Source: Cyanophora paradoxa CCMP329 | Taxonomy: Eukaryota; Plantae; Glaucophyta | Assembly (NCBI GenBank): GCA_004431415.1 | Contig: QPMI01000416.1 | Location: forward strand, 744,001-808,000 | Length of the DNA: 64,000 nt | Direction: 5' to 3' | Shown here: piece by piece, positions 46,796-58,000 of the stretch | Numbering within the stretch: position 1 is the stretch's first letter | How the letters are laid out: each line of letters begins with the position of its first letter | The notes under the pieces: model-generated | The model's database searches: none | Seen by the model: the letters and a program-made list of their open reading frames with translations, nothing else | What the model was told of the DNA's origin: nothing | Position numbers and translations under genes: made by a program

Positions 46796-48544
46796 CTAGT
46801 GCGTCTCGGCGGCGGCGAGCTCGGGGTCCACTTCCCGGAACCTGCGCGGGCACCGGCGCTCAGCGGGCGGCGGGGCCGGGGGCGGGGAGACGGACGCGCC
46901 CGTGTACGGCCGCCTGCACGCGGCTCGCGGCCTCCTCGACCCTCGCCGCGTCGATCCCCTCGAAGCTCTGGCCCCGCCGCCGGCCCTCAGCCGCGGCGCG
47001 CCGGAGGCGCCGGGGAGGGCCGCACCACTTTGACGCGGTAGGCGCCACCGCCGCGGAAGTTCTTGCCCTGCGGGGGGCCGGTGGGCGGCGGGCCCCCGAG
47101 GGGCGGGGCGGGGCGGACCGGGTAGGAGCCGATGGCGACGTCGGGGAAGGCTCTGGCGGTCTCGGTGAGGGCGTCGGCGATCTCGCCCTCGGGCTGGTGC
47201 GTGTAGACGAGCACGCGGGCGCGCGGCAGGCCCCCCTTGAAGTCCTCCAGGTTGGCGTGCAGCATTTGCGCCGTCAGCGACGGGATCCCTGCCGCCCGCC
47301 CCGCGCCCCTCCTTCAGAGCGCGGCGAGGAGGGCGGGTGCGGGTCGGGGCGGGTACCGGGGAAGATGTAGACGTTGCGGACGACGGCGAGGGGCACCCAG
47401 AGGCCTGCCGCCGGCCCGGGGCGCTCGCTCGAGCGCGGCGGCGGGGCACCACAGGCTCCGATGGGAGCGCACCCGGGGTCCAGAGGACGCGGCAGCCGGC
47501 AGGGAGCTGCGCCATCCGAAGGCGTGCGGCGTTGAGCTCCATGGGCGGGTCCTGCCTGCGGGGCGGGGGCGGGTGAGGGGGCCCGCCCACCCTCCGACCC
47601 CGCCGGGTCCCCCCGGCCGCGCTCACTTGGCGTAGTGCACGGCCATCCTCTCCCTCGTCGGCTCGTGGATCTGCGCCCCGGTCCGCGCGCTCGGAGGGGG
47701 GCGGGCGGGGGCCGGGCGAGAGGCGGGCGGGCGCCGACCTCGACGCTAACGCCGAACGCAGCTGCGATCGAATCGTACGTAATGTCGTCGTGCGTGGGCT
47801 GGGGCCCGCGTGAGGAAGGAGGCGACATGCGCAAGGGCGGCGCGGCGCACGCCGATGCCGCCGCTCGTGACGACGTAGTCGCAGGACGCGGAGAGGCGGC
47901 GGACCGCCTGCGGGGCGCGCGGGGGCTCGGGGACGGAGCAGGGGCGTGGCGGGCGGCGCACGCGCCTCGACGATGACTTCCTGATCGTCCGGAACGACCT
48001 CCACGCGCTTCAGCACGATGCCCTTGTCGAAGAACTGGGCGAGCGGTCGGCGCGCTGCGCCGCTGCTGCCGCGGCGGGTGGGTGTGCGCACGGCTTCCGC
48101 AAACGTCTTGATGTTCTTGTCCTGCGTCTGCGACGACAGGCGTCGGCGGGGCGCGTACGGACCAGATCGCGCGTACGGCGGCGTCGGCGGGGCGCGCGGA
48201 CCTTGCCGGTCAATATCTCATCTCCTATGATGAGAGCTGGTTCGCAGAGGCCCCCGGGCCCAGTCAGCGCCGGTCCCGTCCCCGCGCCCCCGCCGCGGCG
48301 CACCTGCCGCTGTTGCAGCCTTCGCCGCCTGCATCGAACCAGCTACAGCGTGTCGGTTCTGTACTCTGCTCGCCGAGACAGATGATGCCACGAATGCTCC
48401 AACCGTGCACGTGAATCGCTTGGGAGGCCCGCCAGATCTAGAGCGGACCTGCCTGAGCGCTGGAGGGAGCTCTCGGCAAGCGAGCGATCGGCGTATGTTG
48501 CTGGTGCTGATCCTAGGCACTGCCAGCGCGGCTAGAACGAACAT
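46796..48544 (-). CDS. Molybdopterin-binding (MoCF_biosynth)/CinA N-terminal domain protein, FAD hydrolase-like
   Basis: [74 protein letters not shown] and VAIGSYP. Confidence 0.88.
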
Positions 48545-48627
48545 CGGCCGCAAACCGATGAGCAGGGGCAGGGGTATACCGCGCCGCCGTTGGCCTTGGC
48601 TCGCTGGCTCCCGTCGGCTCTCACGCG

Positions 48628-51006
48628 ATGGGGAGCGACGACCACGTGAAGAGCGTTCGGCTGGGCGTCAGGCATCGGCCGCAGACCGCGCGAGTCCGGC
48701 CGCGCACGGTCATCTTCCTCATCTGCGCCGCCGCGGTCCTGTACACGGCGCACCTGGCGCTCTCGCGCAGCGCTCCGAGCACCGCTCCCCAAGAGGAGGT
48801 GAGCATGCGTGCCGGGGGCCCGCGTCCAGCTGATTTCCGCCGCGCACAGCCCGAGGCCGGGGATGCGGGCAAGCCTGCGCGGCCCGCGGAGAAGGGAGAG
48901 CTTGCAGCGACACACGGGGTTAGCGAGCGGCCGGCGACGCAGCAGCCGCCGCAGCAGCGAGCGACGGACCACGAGCCCGGCAAGGCCGCGAAGCCGGCGC
49001 AGGGCGGTGCGGCAGCGGCCGGCGGGGCGAAGCCGAGGCCGGCCGCGGCATCGGGCGACACGGGAAAAGGCACGGCGGTGGTCGTCATCGCGTACAATCG
49101 CCCGGACTACCTCACGCGGGCGCTCGAGAGCATCCTGAGGCGAGCCCCGCCGCGCGCCCCGGGCCGCCGCCCCCTCTGAGCTGCCGCGCCCCGCGCAGGC
49201 CGCTTCCGAAGTCGGGCTTCACGGTCTTCATTTCGCAGGCGCGCCGCCCGTCCCGCGGCCGCCGCCCCTCCCCGCGCGGCCAGCCAACGCGCGCCGCAGG
49301 ACGGGAACATCGCCTCCGTTGCGGACGTCGCAGCGCGGTTCGCCCCGCGGGGCGTGCAGCACATGCAGGCGCGTCCACCGCCGCGCCTCCGGCCCCCCGC
49401 GCCCCGCCCCGCGGCCGAGCGCGACCGTAGCACATCGACACGAGCCCTATCGACTACGAGAAGCCAAGCCACGAGCAGTTCCGGGGGTACTATCTCGTGC
49501 GCACATTCTTCTCCCACCTCTTGTGGACTCCGAGGCTCGAGCCGGCCCGCAGATCGCGCGGCACTACAAGTGGGCCCTCACACAGGTACCCCCGCTCTTT
49601 GGAGGGGGGGGGGGGTTGGGGGGGGGGGGGCGGGGGGCGTACCCCCAGCGACCTTTTCCCCTCAACAGCTCTTTGATGTGCGGGACTACGATCGCGTCAT
49701 CATCCTTGAGGGTGGCGTACCCGTCCCCGCATCCCCCCCTCGCCGCCCTCCCTTTGGAAACCCGTACCCCAGACGACATCGAGGTCTCGTCGGATTTCTA
49801 CGAGTTCTTTATGGCCACGTGGCCCCTCCTCGAGAAGGCGCGGCCCTGTACGCCGCAGCCGTGTCGCCCCCCCCCTGAGGCCGGGCGGCGCAGGACCCGA
49901 CGCTGTGGGCGGTGTCGGCGTTCAACGACAACGGGAAGCCGCAGCACGTGCGGGACGCGAAGCAGCTCTACCGCTCGGACTTCTTCCCGGGCCTCGGCTG
50001 GCTCATGACCCGCAAGCTTTGGCGCGAGCTCGGGCCCATCTGGCCCCGCGGGTCCGCCCCCGCCCCGGCCCTCCCCGCCGCCGCCCGCCGGAAGCGAGCG
50101 GGGGCAGGTTCTGGGACGACTGGATGCGGCGCGGGGATATCCGGAAGGGCCGCGTCACCATCCGCCCCGAGGTTTCCCGCTCGTACACCTTTGGCCAGGT
50201 CCCGTGGCCCCCGCGGGCTCTGCCCCCTTGCTGCCCGCCCCCCGACGCCCCCGCAGGAGGGCGCCAGCCACGGCGAGTTCTTCGACACGCACCTGCGCCC
50301 CATCCTCCTCAACAGCGCGCCCCTGTGCCCCGCACTCGCCCGATCCCGCCCGAGCCGCGCGCCCCCGCAGAGGAGCACGTGCCCTTCACGGAGATGGACG
50401 TCTCGTACCTGCTCAAGGTGCGCCGGCGCGCCCCTCCGCGCGGCGCCGGCGAGCGCCGACGCGGGGCGCGCCGCAGGGCTCGTTCGACGGGCAGTGGGTG
50501 GCGTGGGTGACCGGCGCCAAGCGCGCCCGCGACATCCAAGAGGTGCGGGGGCCCCGGGCCCGGGCCGGGCCGGGGCCGCCGCTGAGCCGGGCGGCGGGGC
50601 GGGGGCAGCTGCGGGCGATGCCGGGGGGCGACGTGCGGCTGGAGTACGGGGAGCACCAGACGAGCTACGCGCCCCTCGCCCGCTCCTTCGGGCTCATGGT
50701 GCGCGCCCCGCGCCCGGGGCCCCGGGGGCCTACCGCCCCGCCACCCGCGACGCGGGGGGCGCAGGAGGACGAGAAGGACGGGGTGCCGCGGACGGCCTAC
50801 ATGGGGGTAGTCTGCTTCCGCGACGGGCCCCGCCGCGTTTTCCTCACCCCCCGCAACTGGGAGCAGGTCCGGACCTCGCCCCTCTCGCCCCGCGGGACCC
50901 TCACGCCGCGCCCCCGCGGCCCCTGCAGAAGTTCTTGGCGCCCAGCGAACAGCTTGGCGGCGGCGGCGGCGGCGGCGGCGGCCGACGTAGCCACGCTACA
51001 GTATGA
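48628..51006 (+). CDS. MGAT1: Alpha-1,3-mannosyl-glycoprotein 2-beta-N-acetylglucosaminyltransferase (GnT-I, GT13)
   Basis: Type II TM, then [79 protein letters not shown] and [11 protein letters not shown]. Confidence 0.95.
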
Positions 51007-52055
51007 TAGCAAGTAGTTCGAATTCGTATACGTAGGTGCTGAGAAATTCAGCGTTGTCGCAGCGTCTTAGTCGTCACGGCTTGAAGACAAGCCGGGCTTG
51101 AGGGGGTACATGCTGCGGCTTGATCGGGAGTGATGATGCTGGCGGGCCGGGGCGCCCTGACTGCAGCTGCGCATGTAGCTGCAGCAGCAGTGCGGATTTG
51201 CTTCGTATCGATATCGCGATCGGGCCTTCTGGCGCGTCTCCGGCTTCATCGAGATTCAAAGGGATTCAAGTTGCCGCGCTGGCAGCTCTGCTGGCGCGGA
51301 CACATCGGCTGCCCTTCACTCTGGCACCTCCTCGCCTTCACAAGAGGTATACCGTTGACCTTACACAAGCCTAGGACCTCCGCGCAGCACAGGAGCTGCC
51401 AGCCTGCCACCGGAGACACGTAGAGCTCTTGCAAGAGACCGGCCGATCGATCTAGCCTAGTGGAGCGATCGCAGCATCTCTCTGCTGCGCGGGATAACAC
51501 AGAGCTGCTTAGCTTGCATAGCTATAACGGCGTAGAGAGCGGCGCAGCTGCATCGAATTGTGCTACGTACACGACGCGCAGCTACGTGCGCCATCCGGAG
51601 TGAGAGAGCAAGGAGAGCGCGAGATGGGTCGTTGGACGGCAGCGACCGACGACGGCTTGTTCTCGGATTCGAACTTTAGGGCGGTGCTCGATCATGGGAT
51701 TCCGCGGGGGACCGGCCAGAGGAGGCGGGCGCCGGCACAGTCACAGGCGAGCCATGCGGTTACGCCGCCGACTTGAGCGGTCTCTAACAGCTTTTGCCCG
51801 CAGGCCGCGGGCGATCAGTCGCTCCGCAGGCCCGGCACGAGTGGACCGCGCGGCGCCGGCGGACCCGAGCTCATCGCGCGCCTCGCCGCGATCCAGCGCG
51901 AGCGGGACGCCCTCAGCTGCGAGGTGGGCTTGCTCGCGGCGCGTGTCGAAGGTCGTGCGATGCGCTGACGACCGGGGCGGCAGAACCGGCGGGCAGCGGA
52001 GGAGTCGGCGGCGCTGCGGCGGGCGCTGGTCGAGGCCCGGGGCCGCCTGCTCGCC

Positions 52056-55000
52056 ATGGAGAGCTTCAAGGGGCTCAAGGACAAGGCTCGCGCGGGCCGG
52101 CTCGCTCCCGGTCCCCGAGAAAGCCCTGAACCGCCGCCGCAGGATGGGGCGGAGGCCCCAGGCGACGAGGAGGAAGGCGCCGGCTCGCCCCGGGCCGCCT
52201 CCGACGCCGGTGCGCGTCCCCGTGCCCCCTGCGGCGCACTTTCGGGTTCCTGAACGGGCAGGGCAGGAGCCGAGGGCGCAGTAGACAGCGTACTTCGCGC
52301 CGGGGCGTGCGGCGAGGTCGAGCCGGAGTGGGGGCCGGACGGCGTGGTCCTCGTGCGCGCCCCCCGGCGCGGCCCCGAAACCTTCTGCGCGAGCTGAGCG
52401 CGCGGGCGCCTAGAAGACGGGGCGGGAGGCAGAAGGGAACAAGGCCGCGGGAAGCGGCCCGATCGCGAGGGCCAGCTTCCGCGCCCTCGCCGCGGACGAC
52501 GTGCGCGCCTGGCCTCCTCTCAGCGGGCCAGCCGCACCGCGCGCGCCAGCGCCGTCTGACGCGGGGCGGGCGGCGTGGGGCGCAGGAGGGGCGGGGCCGG
52601 GCGCGGCGGGTCTCGTTCCGGGCGGCCTCCGCCACGGGCGCCCTCCGCGTCTCCTTCAGCTGCGCCCAGCCGGTCCCCAGCGCCGGGCCCGAGGGGACGC
52701 CCAGGCCCAGGCCGGGGCCGGGGACGCCCTCCCCGCCCCCGAGGCCGCCCCGTGCGCCCTCCGGTCCTCCTCGCCCGCGCCTGCGCAGGATGACCCCGCG
52801 CGGCAGGCGCTCGGCGTGCCAGCACCGGCGGCGCCCGACGTTTGGCCGGGCGAGCTTCAGGGTGCGCCGACTCGAGACGGCCGCCGCGCCGTGGCGCGCG
52901 GGCTGACCCTCGGCGCAGTCGAGGTCCCTCCAGGAGCCGGCGCTCCGGCCCGGCGACGCCGTCTCCGCGTTCCGAGCGGGGGCGACGGAGGACGCCGCGT
53001 CGCCCCCGCAGCCGACCCCTTTCCAAGACCCGGCCCCTCCGCTGAAGTCGGACCTGGTCGCGGCGCCGGTCGGGCCGCCGGCGCATCAGTCGTCGCTGGA
53101 GGCGCCAACAATCGCGGCAGCTCAGCCGGACGCCAACGCCTGCACGCGAGCGGCGGACGACCTGCCAGAGGAGGCGGCGGCGGCGGTTTCACGGGCGGAG
53201 AAGCTGGCTTCAAAGCTGGAAACAGCGTTGGCCGAAGCGGCGGCGCAGTTGGCGTCGCTCGAGGCCTTTGCGGCCGCTGCAGCTGAGCAGGCGGATGCGG
53301 CCGAGACGCGGGCAGCGGCTGCAACTGCCACTGCAAACGAAGCAACGGCGAAGGCGGCGGAGCTGCGAGAGGCGTCGGCGGCGGCAATTTTACGAGTAAC
53401 TGAGCTGGCGTCGGAGCTGGAGGCGGCGCGGAACGAGGCGGCGGCGCAGCGGGCGTCGCTGGAGGCGTCGGCAGCCGCTGCAGCTGAAAAGGCAAGCGAA
53501 GCAGAGGCTTCCGCAGCGTCGGCGGCAGCTGTTGCAGCCAAAGCCATAGCAGAGGCGGCGGTGCTGCGAAAAGCATCAAGAGCGGCAATTGAGCGAGCCA
53601 CAGAGACAAAACAAAAGCTGCAGCTGGCGTGGGCTGAGATGATCAAGCTAACTCCATCGCTGGACGCGCTGTCGCTGGACGCGTCGGCGGCGGCGGTTTC
53701 GCGGGCCGAGGCGCTGGCGTCGGAGCTGGAGGCGGCGCGGGCCGAGGCGGCGGCGCAGCGGGCGTCGCTAGAGGCGTCGGCAGCCGCTTCAGCTGAGCAA
53801 ACAGAAGAGGCCGAGGCCCGGGCAGCGGCCGCTGTAGCCAACGCGGCCTCGGAGGCGGCGGAGCTGCGGGAGGCGTCGGCGGCGGCGGTTTCGCGGGCCG
53901 AGGCGCTGGCGTCGGAGCTGGAGGCGGCGCGGGCCGAGGCGGCGGCGCAGCGGGCGTCGCTGGAGGCGTCGGCAGCCGCTTCAGCTGAGCAAGCGGAAGA
54001 GGCCGAGGCCCGGGCTGCGGCCGCTGTAGCCAACGCGGCCTCGGAGGCGGCGGAGCTGCGGGAGGCGTCGGCGGCGGCGGTTTCGCGGGCCGAGGCGCTG
54101 GCGTCGGAGCTGGAGGCGGCGCGGGCCGAGGCGGCGGCGCAGCGGGCGTCGCTGGAGGCGTCGGCAGCCGCTTCAGCTGAGCAAGCGGAAGAGGCCGATG
54201 CCCGGGCTGCGGCCGCTGTAGCCAAGGCGGCCGCGGAGGCGGCGGAGCTGCGGGAGGCGTCGGCGGCGGCGGTTTCGCGGGCCGAGGCGCTGGCGTCGGA
54301 GCTGGAGGCGGCGCGGGCCGAGGCGGCGGCGCAGCGGGCGTCGCTAGAGGCGTCGGCAGCCGCTTCCGCTGAGCAAGCAGAAGAGGCCGAGGCCCGGGCA
54401 GCGGCCGCTGTAGTCAAGGCGGCCGCGGAGGCGGCGGAGCTGCGGGAGGCGTCGGCGGCGGCGGTTTCGCGGGCCGAGGCGCTGGCGTCGGAGCTGGAGG
54501 CGGCGCGGGCCGAGGCGGCGGCGCAGCGGGCGTCGCTGGAAGCGTCGGCAGCCGCTTCAGCGGAAGAGGCCGAGGCCCGGGCAGCGGCCGCTGTAGCCAA
54601 GGCGGCCGCGGAGGCGGCGGAGCTGCGGGAGGCGTCGGCGGCGGCGGTTTCGCGGGCCGAGGCGCTGGCGTCGGAGCTGGAGGCGGCGCGGGCCGAGGCG
54701 GCGGCGCAGCGGGCGTCGCTGGAAGCTTCGGCAGCCGCTTCAGCGGAAGAGGCCGAGGCCCGGGCAGCGGCCGCTGTAGCCAAGGCGACGGCGGAGGCGG
54801 CGGAGCTGCGGGAGGCGGCGGCGGCGGCGGTTTCGCGGGCCGAGGCGCTGGCGTCGGAGCTGGAGGCGGCGCGGGCCGAGGCGGCGGCGCAGCGGGCGTC
54901 GCTGGAGGCGTCGGCAGCCGCTTCAGCGGGAGAGGCCGAGGCGCGGGCTGCGGCCGCTGTAGCCAAGGCGGCCGCGGAGGCGGCGGAGCTGCGGGAGGCG

Positions 55001-58000
55001 TCGGCGGCGGCGGTTTCGCGGGCCGAGGCGCTGGCGTCGGAGCTGGAGGCGGCGCGGGCCGAGGCGGCGGCGCAGCGGGCGTCGCTGGAGGCGTCGGCAG
55101 CCGCTTCAGCGGAAGAGGCCGAGGCCCGGGCTGCGGCCGCTGTAGCCAAGGCGGCCGCGGAGGCGGCGGAGCTGCGGGAGGCGTCGGCGGCGGCGGTTTC
55201 GCGGGCCGAGGCGCTGGCGTCGGAGCTGGAGGCGGCGCGGGCCGAGGCGGCGGCGCAGCGGGCGTCGCTGGAAGCGTCGGCAGCCGCTTCCGCTGAGCAA
55301 GCAGAAGAGGCCGAGGCCCGGGCAGCGGCCGCTGTAGCCAAGGCGGCCGCGGAGGCGGCGGAGCTGCGGGAGGCGTCGGCGGCGGCGGTTTCGCGGGCCG
55401 AGGCGCTGGCGTCGGAGCTGGAGGCGGCGCGGGCCGAGGCGGCGGCGCAGCGGGCGTCGCTGGAAGCGTCGGCAGCCGCTTCAGCGGAAGAGGCCGAGGC
55501 CCGGGCTGCGGCCGCTGTAGCCAAGGCGGCCGCGGAGGCGGCGGAGCTGCGGGAGGCGTCGGCGGCGGCGGTTTCGCGGGCCGAGGCGCTGGCGTCGGAG
55601 CTGGAGGCGGCGCGGGCCGAGGCGGCGGCGCAGCGGGCGTCGCTGGAAGCTTCGGCAGCCGCTTCAGCGGAAGAGGCCGATGCGCGGGCAGCGGCCGCTG
55701 TAGCCAAGGCGACGGCGGAGGCGGCGGAGCTGCGGGAGGCGGCGGCGGCGGCGGTTTCGCGGGCCGAGGCGCTGGCGTCGGAGCTGGAGGCGGCGCGGGC
55801 CGAGGCGGCGGCGCAGCGGGCGTCGCTGGAGGCGTCGGCAGCCGCTTCCGCTGAGCAAGCAGAAGAGGCCGAGGCCCGGGCAGCGGCCGCTGTAGTCAAG
55901 GCGGCCGCGGAGGCGGCGGAGCTGCGGGAGGCGTCGGCGGCGGCGGTTTCGCGGGCCGAGGCGCTGGCGTCGGAGCTGGAGGCGGCGCGGGCCGAGGCGG
56001 CGGCGCAGCGGGCGTCGCTGGAAGCGTCGGCAGCCGCTTCAGCGGAAGAGGCCGAGGCCCGGGCAGCGGCCGCTGTAGCCAAGGCGGCCGCGGAGGCGGC
56101 GGAGCTGCGGGAGGCGTCGGCGGCGGCGGTTTCGCGGGCCGAGGCGCTGGCGTCGGAGCTGGAGGCGGCGCGGGCCGAGGCGGCGGCGCAGCGGGCGTCG
56201 CTGGAAGCTTCGGCAGCCGCTTCAGCGGAAGAGGCCGAGGCCCGGGCAGCGGCCGCTGTAGCCAAGGCGACGGCGGAGGCGGCGGAGCTGCGGGAGGCGG
56301 CGGCGGCGGCGGTTTCGCGGGCCGAGGCGCTGGCGTCGGAGCTGGAGGCGGCGCGGGCCGAGGCGGCGGCGCAGCGGGCGTCGCTGGAGGCGTCGGCAGC
56401 CGCTTCAGCGGGAGAGGCCGAGGCGCGGGCTGCGGCCGCTGTAGCCAAGGCGGCCGCGGAGGCGGCGGAGCTGCGGGAGGCGTCGGCGGCGGCGGTTTCG
56501 CGGGCCGAGGCGCTGGCGTCGGAGCTGGAGGCGGCGCGGGCCGAGGCGGCGGCGCAGCGGGCGTCGCTGGAGGCGTCGGCAGCCGCTTCAGCGGAAGAGG
56601 CCGAAGCCCGGGCTGCGGCCGCTGTAGCCAAGGCGGCCGCGGAGGCGGCGGAGCTGCGGGAGGCGGCGGCGGCGGCGGTTTCGCGGGCCGAGGCGCTGGC
56701 GTCGGAGCTGGAGGCGGCGCGGGCCGAGGCGGCGGCGCAGCGGGCGTCGCTGGAGGCGTCGGCAGCCGCTTCCGCTGAGCAAGCAGAAGAGGCCGAGGCC
56801 CGGGCAGCGGCCGCTGTAGCCAAGGCGGCCGCGGAGGCGGCGGAGCTGCGGGAGGCGTCGGCGGCGGCGGTTTCGCGGGCCGAGGCGCTGGCGTCGGAGC
56901 TGGAGGCGGCGCGGGCCGAGGCGGCGGCGCAGCGGGCGTCGCTAGAGGCGTCGGCAGCCGCTTCAGCGGAAGAGGCCGAGGCGCGGGCTGCGGCCGCTGT
57001 AGCCAAGGCGGCCGCGGAGGCGGCGGAGCTGCGGGAGGCGGCGGCGGCGGCGGTTTCGCGGGCCGAGGCGCTGGCGTCGGAGCTGGAGGCGGCGCGGGCC
57101 GAGGCGGCGGCGCAGCGGGCGTCGCTGGAGGCGTCGGCAGCCGCTTCAGCGGAAGAGGCCGAGGCGCGGGCTGCGGCCGCTGTAGCCAAGGCGGCCGCGG
57201 AGGCGGCGGAGCTGCGGGAGGCGTCGGCGGCGGCGGTTTCGCGGGCCGAGGCGCTGGCGTCGGAGCTGGAGGCGGCGCGGGCCGAGGCGGCGGCGCAGCG
57301 GGCGTCGCTGGAGGCGTCGGCAGCCGCTTCAGCGGGAGAGGCCGAGGCCCGGGCTGCGGCCGCTGTAGCCAAGGCGGCCGCGGAGGCGGCGGAGCTGCGG
57401 GAGGCGTCGGCGGCGGCGGTTTCGCGGGCCGAGGCGCTGGCGTCGGAGCTGGAGGCGGCGCGGAACGAGGCGGCGGCGCAGCGGGCGTCGCTGGAGGCGT
57501 CGGCAGCCGCTTCAGCGGAAGAGGCCGAGGCGCGGGCTGCGGCCGCTGTAGCCAAGGCGACGGCGGAGGCGGCGGAGCTGCGGGAGGCGGCGGCGGCGGC
57601 GGTTTTGCGGGCCGAGGCGCTGGCGTCGGAGCTGGAGGCGGCGCGGAACGAGGCGGCGGCGCAGCGGGCGTCGCTGGAGGCGTCGGCGGCCGCTTCAGCG
57701 GAAGAGGCCGAGGCGCGGGCAGCGGCCGCTGTAGCCAAGGCGGCCGCGGAGGCGGCGGAGCTGCGGGAGGCGTCGGCGGCGGCGGTTTCGCGGGCCGAGG
57801 CGCTGGCGTCGGAGCTGGAGGCGGCGCGGGCCGAGGCGGCGGCGCAGCGGGCGTCGCTGGAGGCGTCGGCAGCCGCTTCCGCTGAGCAAGCGGAAGAGGC
57901 CGATGCCCGGGCAGCGGCCGCTGTAGCCAAGGCGACGGCGGAGGCGGCGGAGCTGCGGGAGGCGTCGGCGGCGGCGGTTTCGCGGGCCGAGGCGCTGGCG

